Below are positions 35,748-47,100 of a stretch of DNA of 64,000 nucleotides, one piece after another. Both the position numbers and the translations under genes were made by a program. The notes below the pieces were generated by a model. That model did no database searches and was not told the origin of the DNA. It saw nothing but the letters and a program-made list of their open reading frames with translations. Source of the stretch: Takakia lepidozioides (lineage: Eukaryota > Plantae > Bryophyta); NCBI GenBank assembly GCA_030704615.1, contig CM060731.1, forward strand, positions 5,828,001-5,892,000. The letters are read 5' to 3'. The first letter of the stretch is position 1. Every line of letters starts with the position of its first letter.

Positions 35748-37170
35748 TGAAGGTGACACATCACAGAGCAAGTTGGTTTGTAACACATGCTGTAAATGCA
35801 AGTGACTGTACAAGTTCGACTGCAGGTCCTAGTCAGTCAGATGACAAGACTCGTGTCACAGAACAAGCAAGGGAGGAGCAGATGTCTCCTCATGAACATG
35901 TTTCACGTACAATAATGGATCTGCAGACCTGCAATCCCTCTTTCCGTAGATTTGTCAGGACATAACTCAATGCCCAACTATGGCTGGCAAGAGTCTAGGC
36001 AGACTCATTGGAGGCAGAAACTTGGATGCACCGGAGATACTCTCAATGAAATGGCTGCAGGTGCGGAGGGCGGTCTACTGTGTAGTACTCAGTGTGCCCA
36101 CACTTGTGGGGAGCACATGGAGACTCTTGAGCCGGTCGGCTCTCTTAAGCAGGCAAGCCCTGGACTTTTGCAGTGTAACCAAAGCTCCTATCCTCTAAAG
36201 TCACTGTTAGACAGGAATGAAGGGAGTCTGGGAAGTTTATGGTGGTCGGTCTTGTGTGAGCAGATTATGGAGCAGACACACTGCAGTCCAGTAGCGGTGA
36301 CGTTGCACGCAGACATCTCACCCTGCACTGCCGATTCCATATACTTCCCTGCCTCTTTCTTACTCTATGGGTGGAGAGTAGCACTCATGTGGGGCTGGCT
36401 CGGCGAACAGGTGGAAGTGTCACATCATTCTTCTCCCTTGGAGGGCACTGGCAAGGAGGGTGGAAGGAGCAGCAGCTCAAACAATGCACCCAGCCACACG
36501 AATGGATTGAGAAAGTTGTCCCTCAGTGCTCGGCCCTGTTCTACATCACAGGCTGAAAAATGATAACCCCAGTTATGCTCAGGGTATAGACGAACATGAT
36601 TGCGAGGAGATTAAGAGGCGGGACGAATATGTGGAAGCACCTTGTGATACTACAGAAGTGGCAGTTGTCACAAGCTCAGATGAAAAAGGGAGTGAGGAGC
36701 GACGGTAGCGTGGTGTGAGTGGGGAGGCCGGCACCAGTCAGTTCACGTGCTGAGAGTCCTGCTGTCGAGTCTCCAGTCCCATGCCTCACCAGAACGTGGT
36801 GCCTCTCTTCTCTTTACTTAAATCCCCATATATGCAATGTTGCTTGAACTCTGAACTTAGCACTGGCCAGATGTAGGGGTGCACTGGGGCTTGGGCCGGT
36901 AGCAATATGGATATCATGTTACAAGTTGAGAGGCGCGTAATATGAATTTCATATAGTCGTTGTGGGATGTGTCTAAGGTACTATCTTCTTTGTGTGTCTT
37001 GACCACTATCCCGCATTCCAAGAGAGGCAAGAAATTATGGATGAATTCCACACGTGCAATGTGCTTCAGTGCTACTGCTTTGCAATCAAATGTAAATGAT
37101 GTGGTGGATGTTGGGCCTTCCAACACCGCAGGCGTACATCAGGACTGCAATGACAGAGCAGATTCGGGCC
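35748..37170 (+). pseudogene. Degenerate genomic duplicate of exons 3-5 and introns of the PZP gene (source ~46149-47785)
   Basis: Direct nucleotide similarity including intron sequence, with multiple deletions and stops. Confidence 0.92.
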
Positions 37171-37174
37171 AGAG

Positions 37175-38127
37175 GGCCTTGGAGCCGTAGAGCAATGGTG
37201 GTGAAAGAAGGATATCGAGAGGCCCCTATGATGAGCTGCGTCCAGGTTGAAAGGAGCATGTGAACCTAGGAGAGAACTGCCAGCGCTTATCCAAGGAGGA
37301 TGACAATAGGCTTGCAAGATCATTTGTGTTATTCTCATGATTAAGGTTAGTGTTAATCTCCCATGTTTTTGTATCATGTCGGCATTTGATGTCTTCGTTC
37401 TTTCTTTTCTTTGTTCATCTCTCATGGATGTCTCTCTTTTCTTGCTACAGGAGAGATTCTAGATTGAAATTACGTACATATATAGCACCTCGACAGTTTT
37501 TGGCCACAATTATGTATCCTAGAAATTGTTGCCTTGGAGCCAAAGCCATTGAGGATCCTAAACCCTAGTTGCTCAAGCAAGTGCAGAATGGCAGGGCCAA
37601 GGAATGTTATGTTCCAATCTCATTTTCCAATTCTGCCTCATGTTTGAGTCGTAATTGGCATTCGTGTTTCCAGTGCCCTTCTTTCTTGCAATAGTGGTGG
37701 TTTCCTTGTTTCTGGGTTGATGTTCCCTATCCTTGATTGGAACATAACATTCGTTGGCCCTGTCATTCTGCATTACTGTCTATGTGGCCAAAAATTGTCA
37801 AGGTGCTATATATGTACGTAAATTCAATCTAGAGTCTCTCTGCAGTAGATTAGCACCTAGTAGGAAAAGAGAGACATCCCTAGGAGAAAAGAAAGAACGA
37901 AGACATCAAATGCCGACATGATACATGAACATGGGAGACTAACAACTAACCTTAACCATGACAATAGCACATGTGATCTTTTCAAGCTTGCCATCCTCCT
38001 TGGAATCCAAGATAAACGTTGGCAGGTTCTCTCTGAGGTTCACCTGCTCCTTTCGACTTGGACGTAGCTCACCATAGTGGCCTCCCGATGTCCGTGTTCC
38101 ACCACCATTGCTCTACGGCTCTGAGGC
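37175..38127. repeat. Long imperfect inverted repeat (~335-bp arms, ~275-bp spacer); foldback or MULE-type MITE
   Basis: 37175-37508 is the reverse complement of 37783-38127, e.g. GAGCCGTAGAGCAATGGTGGTG / CACCACCATTGCTCTACGGCTC. Confidence 0.85.
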
Positions 38128-39452
38128 TGTCAGGTATGGCTAAGAGGACCAGGCTTTAAACTGTGACCGAAACTCCGTGAGATCAAGTGTGTTGTTGTTT
38201 CAAAGATAGAGTCATAGAGGAAATTCAACTCGGCATGGGACTTCTTTATAGGCACACCAAACAACATGTCCACTAAGTTCAGCCTCTCTATGGCCGACTC
38301 AGCTCTGCCCTACACAGCGCAACTTGACGAACCTGCATTCAACCGGGTTGTTGAAACGAATGGTGATGGTGTGCTATGGCTTTAGAGTGACCAAGGTGGA
38401 TTGGGCTTGGGGTCTCATAAAAGGTCTAAAGCCCTACAGCCAAATTGAGACCTTGTCAAGATGAAGTCAGCAGATGCCCATTCATAGACATTTTTGAAGA
38501 ATCTGTTCGCAGTTTGCACCTTGCTTTCTTTCATTCCTGGCAAATAAAACGGATCCTTCCCTATTCGTGCTATTCCTTGTAGAATAGTGAGAACTGCAGC
38601 TGTGCACTTGGTATTGCATAGTTGATGTACCTCACTTTTCAGGTCCACCCCTCGAGATTGAACTATACTAAACATGTCATGGCAGGAGAATAACAAGCGC
38701 ATTCACCCAAACCCTGTATGGAACTGAGGAGGATATACCAATAATGGGGCAAGAGTCGGGTGAGACATGAGATAGTGCATCTGAAGTATGGCAAAATTCT
38801 ACTAATACATACTGTTTTGGGAGGCACCCTAGTGATTGATATACCGGGATGCTCCTGCATTGAACCCGTCAAAAATGTTCATTCGAGTGTACATCTGCCC
38901 CTCAATGAGCTGTGCATTCTGCAGTAGGCCTTGCAAATTCGCTGGCTGTTCAATTTTCCTTGTTAACTTTAAGAGAGCAAAATCTACCCCATTTAGTCAG
39001 GCATGAACAGATTTAATACAGGGACAGCCGGGCACAGAAGCCTTAGTGTCCACCTAACATTGAATAGATAGTATTGGGGAGAAAAGAAGTGATGTAATGA
39101 TACTGGAGCTGCTGAGCTTTAAGCAGACATTGACACCTGCACTTTGAGCTGTTGTTCTTCAATAGCTTTAAGGCTTTAGGACAAACATCACAGGAATTGA
39201 CTGTGTATCTAAGTCCTATCCGCCCACCCCCCAAATGTAGAAGCTACAACTCAACCGGTTGGGGGATGCAGTGGTTCTGTAGGTGGATTCTAGAAGAAGG
39301 TCAAAGCATATGTACACTGCATGTAACACCGGGATAATTAGTGAGAAGGGTCCGTTCTACTTTTTGAAGTATCCGCATGTGGACCTTAACATGCTTGGAA
39401 CCAGCAGGTCCCCTGCAACAGTGGTGCACCTTCTTTTGTGACTCAGCTCCAA

Positions 39453-41780
39453 TCACTCTGGCTTGACATATTTGTTTCTAAGTCTTCTGTGTGCCATAAA
39501 ACCTGCAATGAGAATCCAGGTGAGTATTGTGGCCCCCCACAAAACATAGATGCCCAACACTGTAGACTCACGGGCCACCATGCACCGCTGGATGTTGTAT
39601 GTCAAGTTTGCATTGAAGATGGCTAGCACAAAACTTGGATCATCGCGATTGCGCCATGTCAAGGAGGGCACTGTGATCTCTCTGGTGCCATCTGCATGTA
39701 CCCGGTCACACCAGCGGTGGGTGTGCCCACTGAACACAAGCCTGTCAAAATATCCATATCCCGTCATCAGTCTAGTGAAAGATGTTCAGAAGGTTGGGTT
39801 GAGAAACAGTGCCTGGTTGGTATCCCCACTTCACAAGATCGAGTCTGGGATTAAAACATCTGACTTTAAAATTTTGAAAAATAGGGGGATAACATTTTCC
39901 TCTTTTCCTTGAGGCTCCTTAAGTTGTTGGATCAGGTCCAAATCATCACAAACGCCGTCCATAACTCAGTCAGACTACCTTCCTGTCTTGCAAATCTATA
40001 CACAAAGCATGTCCACTACTTTTGCAGACCTCACACCAAAAGAATGTGAAGCAGGACATCTTCAATTAAACTCATGCAGGCACACAACTCCTGCTTGCAT
40101 CCCAACTTGTCAGAATCTGTCATTGAATAGTATAGGATGCACAACTGTGCGCCATGGCACCTTAGGTGTTCCCAAAGCACGCTTTCACAGGCCAGTTACT
40201 GACAGACATGCTTACTACATCAAGAAAGTCTCCCCTCTGCCAACCCTATCATGGATAAAGTACATATAGGACCCACCGAGGTTTAAGAGCTTGTAGCAGA
40301 TACATAGATGAATTGTTTGATAGCACATCCTGCCCAACAACATAGGGCTCCTCTGGAGACGGAATCCTGCAATGCCACAACGCTCCACCGTTGCCATCAT
40401 CAGATCTGGGGGAGGAGAAAACTGTGCCCTCACCATCATGTGAAAAGTATCCCAGAACCATATGCACAACAGACAAGGCCAACTTACTGTGGAGGGAGAT
40501 CTATCAACCCCAAGCAGCTGCCCTCCAGGTCGTGCCATGGGGCACACCGCGGGATATCCAGGGAGGCACAGGCCTGGTCATCAATGCGGTGCAATGGCAG
40601 GTGCAGCAGTAGCACAGGTCCAGACCTGTTCCCAGCTTCCAGGGGGTTTCTTCCGGCCCCCACCTCCTGTGGTGATCTGTTTCTGTGGTGAGCTTTTTCC
40701 TGTTTCCCATACAGTGCAGAGCTTGTGCTCTCAACAACTCGCTCAACATTGGAACAGAAGGAGCAGCCATCATCCTGAAGAGCCATCGCATTGAGGGAGA
40801 TGAAGCTTATGTTATTCCATTTATACAAGCTGCAACATGTGGCATCTAGATGGGGAAAGGAAGATGCAAACCGAGGCAAACGGCCCAAAAATCCCACATC
40901 ATGGTGGTCGCCCACATCATGATTGCCCACGACCACTTGCACTGGTCCTTCAGCAAATGGGCCTATGGCAGCCCAGAACCGAGATACAACTGCATCCCAC
41001 TGCACATTGGTTGACTTGCGACCTGCGTCTGAGATGTCCCCAAGCACCACCAAGACATCGGGCTTCAGCTTCCAATATGCCTTCTGCACATACACTCCCA
41101 ACGTACAGTCCTAGAAAGTCAGCACCAACTAAGGAGATGCAATCTGCATGACCAGGCTAACTTGCGTGGACCACAGTGATGCCTTGCTTCTCCTTACCAC
41201 AAACTTGTTGTGGTTGGCAGGAAATTGGCTACTTCGAAGCAGCGTCCTAGGCTCAACAGAGAGCTGCGCCAGCACGTGCATTTGATAATCAAACCGGATT
41301 ACAAGTACCGCTGATATACATCTCTGCTAGTACCCGTTTGTAGACTGAGCATTGCATCCCTGACTGCTCTACGGTACTCTTGGGTACATTGCATTCTGTG
41401 TCAGTGATTCAACGTTCAAGGATCTCTAATCCTGGTAAACTAAGAGAGCAATGACAGAGGGAATACCTGATGCAATTGGGGTGCCTGAGCGTAGACCAAA
41501 GAAGGCAGGTAGCAGGCCTGACCTGGAAGGTGGATTGCAGGAAGGCCTCGCGCCTCACACGGTCAAACCAATGCGTGCCAGGCCCAGCCAGGTGCAGGTC
41601 TGCCACAACCGCCACACGAAGTGCATCCCCTCCTGTGGGTGCAGCGCCGCTGGGTGTGCACGTAGGTTCTGTGATCATCTGCAGCCACAACGCAGGCACC
41701 ATGACACACAGCAGCAGCCACACTATAATTCCTCGGTGCATCATCTCGTCTCTCTTCACTGCAGGATTTCCCCACCACAT
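39453..41780 (-). CDS. MPPE1: Metallophosphoesterase 1 (MPPE1/PGAP5/Cdc1 family, GPI remodelling), 4 exons
   Basis: Exons 41780-41523, 41083-40488, 40366-40277, 39741-39453. ADLHL, GDISD, GNHD, HLPL and SGHTH motifs; N- and C-terminal TM segments; TVPSLTWRNRDDP. Confidence 0.9.
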
Positions 41781-42024
41781 CCCTCGCTCTTTCTCTCCAG
41801 CTCTCCTCTCCAAAACTCTGTTTCCTTGTGTTCCCTTGGATGCCAATTGGCAAGAAAATGTCAGAGATTCTTTTGAAGATCTGTCGCTCCTTCCCTCTCC
41901 AACATTTCATTAGCTTACAAATAGACAAGCATTTGTCAACCAAGTCTAATAATAAACACTCTGCCAGACATCTGCTGCTCGTGTTTAGATTGGGGATGCC
42001 AACTTGCCAAGGAGTGGCGGGAAG

Positions 42025-42160
42025 CCTACCTAACCTAACCTAACCTAGCCCAAGCTACCCTAACCTAACCAATCCCAGAAAGGTTGAGCAGCTACGATTA
42101 CGATTTGGGTGGGAGAGAAGGCAGGTACCGGCCATGGCCATGGCGTTCAAACCCTAGCTT
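42025..42160. promoter_or_regulatory. Putative bidirectional promoter with (CCTAA)n repeats and a telo-box-like AAACCCTAG
   Basis: Lies between the divergent MPPE1 and PZP genes; probable 5'UTR donor GTAAGT near 42256. Confidence 0.35.
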
Positions 42161-44124
42161 TGCTGCCCACATCCTTTCACCGCTCCATCGTCTAGGGTTG
42201 CAAGATTGGCCATGGCCGTTGCTGCTGCTGCATGCGGGCGGTGATCCTGAGCACGTAAGTGTGCGAGTGCTACAACGGAGAGATGTTTTCATCCTGAGTT
42301 TTTTCGTTTTTTGGGAGATGGGTTTTGGTGTATAAAGTGTATCTAGGGTCTGGTGTAGAGGAGTACGGAGTCTTAAAAACTTACATGGCGGGGATTTATT
42401 TGCTCGTTGCATGCCTGTTAAATTCGGCCTGTTGAGAAAACATGTCAGGATTCAGAGGTTGGGTTCTGTAGTAGGGCCGTGTTTATAAATTTCATCAACG
42501 GGGAGATGGAGATAAATAGAGGATTGAGTCAATTCATGACCTGAAGAGCTCCAAATCCACTTTGTGAGAATGACTTTTTTTTATGTACGGGACTGAGAGA
42601 TCGCAGGGTACACCGTATGAATTTCACAACGGGAAGGAGAGAGGATGACGTCATTTCAGAGCCTGAAATGCTTCTATTCCACGCTAGGAGGGTGATAACC
42701 TGGTGTACTGAAGTGCAGGGTTGGTGATTATGTGGTGCAGACCTTGCCGAGTATTTCTCGCTTCCTTGGGGTTTTCTGTATTGCGTATTTGAGATATGAA
42801 AGGAGGCTGTCAATACTTTCACGCTGTGCATCATGTGTTGTCTTGCCTCAGTAGCAACCCAGGTATGGTTGATTCCATTACTTGACATTTTGATACCTGG
42901 GGGTCGGTTTTGTGTAGCAAGGGTGACGAAGTTTAAATATCATGAAAACGAATGCTGGAGTGGTCAGTGTAGAAGTCCATGAAGCTTGTACTACAGCCCA
43001 TTCGGTGCTTCAGTTTACTGCAAGATGTTCCCTAGCATAGAGGCACGCACTGAGCGACGCCTGCAAACTCGGTTATCAAGTACCCTTAAGGCCGTAGTCC
43101 TACGAAGCCTTCTGGAGCCGGTTTTGGGATTCAAAACCACCTGGGTATTTGAGACTCAGACCTAAAATGCCGTAGCGCGCAGCCAAGAATCCGATTACGG
43201 GAAATGAGTTAACTGTTCTTGTAAGCGCTGGAATTCATACTAGAGAGCGTTTCTTCCTAGCCCTCAGCCTTCCACAAACGGGTGGCTTGTGTTTTCACTG
43301 GCATTCACTTCATGAGCGGAAAGGGTGGGTTGAGAGTGTAAAAGAAAGTAAAGGGGCAGAGTTCGCAGGAGAGCCCTTGAGGAGGTGGTTCCAGACCAAT
43401 TGAAGCGTTAGTAATGAGAAATAAGGTATTATGCTTTTGACGATGACAGGGTGGATAAGGCATTAGGGTTAGGGTAGGGCATGAGGAGAAATCAGATCTG
43501 CAGATATTGTGTGAAGTTTTTAACTATGTCACGGGGCATGAAAACTTGTCAAAACGCCTGGGTCAAACCATAAGCACTGCAGGACACATTTTCTTTTTAA
43601 TTACACATGGAGAGGGGGGTGGGGCGGGTGGGGGGAGAGAGAGAGAGAGTCCCTGCGAGTTCATTTGCATGCATAGAAGGAGGGCAGGTTGGCTTGCTGA
43701 TGGTTGTTGTGTTATTCTTTGTAGAAACAAGCTTCCATTCCTCTATAACAATCAAGTGCTGTTGGATGTATAATATGCAGGGTTTAGTATGGTGAGGGGT
43801 GTAACATGACCTTTATAAATCTTAATTTTTTATATTCATTGTGGTGTATTGCTTGGCGCAGTTTTCTTGGGGATGAGGAGTGCCAGTCTATTAAACGCAT
43901 TATGGTGACATTCTCCTTGAAAGTTGCGTTCTGTGAACATCAATACTTTACCCCCCTACAAGCTGATTGGTCTAGTAAGGCAGCGCTGTGTTACCTCAGT
44001 TGTGCTCCTGATTCCAGACATTTTTGTTTTCCCTCATGTTGCTGGAGATTGCCACTCGGAAGTGTAGGTATTTATGTCTCTGTCCCCACCAACTCAGCTC
44101 TGAACTGGAGAGTCTCTGTAGAAA

Positions 44125-47100
44125 ATGATGGGACGAGGGGCAGAAGGGGGCACTCATCAATTCGCAAGGATCACAAGTAGTGTCCATGGCGGTCGCCAAC
44201 AAAAGGGTGTAGACATTTATAGCCAGGTGCAGAAGGCTCTAGCGGTGAAATCTCCCTTCCGTGAAGACAATGAGAACAGTGGTGGCGGGGCACTTCCTTT
44301 TTTATCTGCCCCTCTCTCTCTCAAACTCTCTAGCTCCCTTGAGAACAAACGGAAGAACAGGGCGAAAAAGACTCAAGCCAGGGGCCGCGAGGGTGGCCCA
44401 GTTAGTAAGAAGCGGCATTATGGGGATGATCCAACTGTGGATGCCAGTCAAGGGCAGTATTGGGCACAAATGGAGGATTACTTCCAGGAAGTAAACTCTT
44501 CTGATATCCAGCTTCTTCTCCCCACTACTTTTCCGCTGCTTGCCAGTGATGGCAGTGTCTGTGATCCCTGCTTGTTAATTCCACCTCCTGGTACACTCTA
44601 CACTGAGACTTGGGATCGGGAGGATGCCAAGCAAGCTGAGAAAGCAGTCCAGCAGTCTGTGACACGTGTCAAGCGCAAGATATTGGCAGCCAGCCCAGTC
44701 AGCAAGAAGAGTAAAAGGTTAAGTGGCGAGGTAGTGACTACCGTCATCTCTCCACCACCTGAGCATGAGGATGAGGAGCTGTGCCATGTGTGCAATGGTG
44801 GTGACAGTGATGAGAGCAATCAAATCCTTTTCTGTGATGTCTGTAACGTGGCAGTACATCAGGATTGCTATGGTGTGCCCCTGGTGCCTGAGGGCCAGTG
44901 GCTTTGTTCCTGGTGCTCCCACAAGGCCTTAAGGATGGCAGAAAATGATGCGAATGAGTGTGTGCTGTGCCCGGTGAGAGGGGGAGCATTGAAGCCAGTG
45001 GCAGAAGTTGATGGCAAAGGGTGTGCTATCAGAACGGGCATGAAGTTTGCACACCTCTTCTGTTGCCAGTGGGTGCCAGAGACATACATTGCCAGCATGG
45101 AGGCCATGGAACCCATTCGTAATGTAGATGGCGTGCGTGATGAGCGCTGGCGTCTGCTGTGCAGTGTCTGCAAGGAAAAGCAGGGTGCTTGTATCCAATG
45201 CAGCCATGGTACATATCATATATTTGTCTGTGTGGTCCATGCTTGGCAAGACTGTTGTGTGAGCTCCTGTTCGTCACTATTGCAGTCACACAACATTGTT
45301 TGTTTTACGTGTCCACCATGTTTTCTTCCGCAATGCCCCGTTACAGTGTCACAGATAGATGCCCTCATTGTTTGTTCCCTGTGGACTTGCTGGGCATACA
45401 CTTTCAGGGCTTAGAAACCTGGGACATGATCTTTCCAGAATCAGTTGTTGGTTTTTTGGAAGTGAGCCCAAAATCACCATAATACTTGTGCGAGCCAACC
45501 CCAATTTGAGAATTGAGTTGCGAAGTACAGTATGGTATAGATGTCAGGGTACAAAACTCAGTTTTTGATCTCAGCACTGCTGCTTGACCTTCCAATTTGG
45601 CCACACAACTGACATGTTGCTGTGATTCAGTTTCTCAATATGACACAGACAAACATATTATTTCTTCTTAGATAGGTAAGTTTGACCATGCTCAAGCCTA
45701 GAGGTAGAATATTGTCGGGAAGAAAACTCAGGGGACAGAGGAAGGGAGAAGGAGGCATGACTATACGGCGATTGCAAGTGTCTGCTGATAGTCGGGTGTT
45801 TGTTTCATGTGCTGCAGGTTTGTGTGCCACAGCTTTTCATCCGCTCTGTGCCAGAGAAGCAAAGCTCTGGATGGAGGTGTCCAGCAGGGAAGACAGTGAG
45901 GAAGTAAGCAGATTTTCCTATGCCTAGTTCAAGAGCTATGTGGGGATGGCTGCAAGAAGGCTAGGGTGAAAAGATTGTGGTTATCAAGCTCCAGGTAGTA
46001 CTGGCATCCTAGTACTGTTGATGATCTTAGTGGTGAAGCAGCTCACCGATAGTTTTGGCTGGTGATGTTGGCAGGTGGATTTACGGGCCTATTGCCCAAA
46101 ACATTCGTCTGGCCGCATGGGAAAAGTATATGTAGCTGGAAATGAGGGGAGTGAAGGCGGCACATCACAGATCAAGTTGGTTTGTAACACAAATGCTGTA
46201 AAAGCAAGTGATTCTACAGGTGCGACTGCAGGTCTTAGTCAGTCAGATGACAAGACTCGTGTTACAGAACAAGCAAGGGAGGAGCAGATGTCGCCTCATG
46301 AAGATGTTTCAAGTACAATAATGGATCGGCACACCTGCGAAGGGAAGGCCATCCCTCGCTCCGTAATGTTGTCTCATTTGGCTCAGGACCCAACCCAATG
46401 TCCTACTATGGCTGGCAAGAGTCTAGCCAGACTCATTGGAGACAGAAACTTGGATGCATCTGGGGATACTCTCAATGAAGGTGCTGCAGGTATGGGAGGC
46501 GGGCTTTTGCATAGCACTAAGTGTGCTGACATGTGTGGGGAGCGCATGGACACTCTTGAATCAGTCCATTATCTGAAGCAGGCAAGCCCTGGACTTTTGC
46601 AGTGCACTGTTACCAAATTGTTTATCCTCTAAGTCACTGTTGGACAGGAATAGGCACATATTAGAAGGGAGTCTGAGAAGTTTATGGTAGTTGGCCTTGT
46701 ATGAACAGATTATGGAGCAGACGCACTGCAGTCCAGTGACATTGCTTGCAGATATCTCACCCTGCACTGCCGGTTCCATATACTTCCCTGCCACAAGGCT
46801 ATGGAAGATCTGGAAAACCTGAACTATTTGTCTCTATCAAGGTAAGGCACACCACTGGAGTGAGCCCCTCACAAAAGTTTTGTTCTGCCCAAACTGGGTG
46901 CAGGGTCTATAGCCACAAGGCTATGGAAAACGTCTTTTGAGTACAATTTATGGGTGGACAGTAGCACTCATGTGGGGCTGGCTCTGTGAACAGGAGGATG
47001 AGCAGGGCGACCAGGTGGAAGTTAGCTCCAGAACTGAATCTTGGCTGTCATGTCATTCCTCTCACTTGGAGGGCACTGGCAAGGAGGGTGGAAGGAGCAG

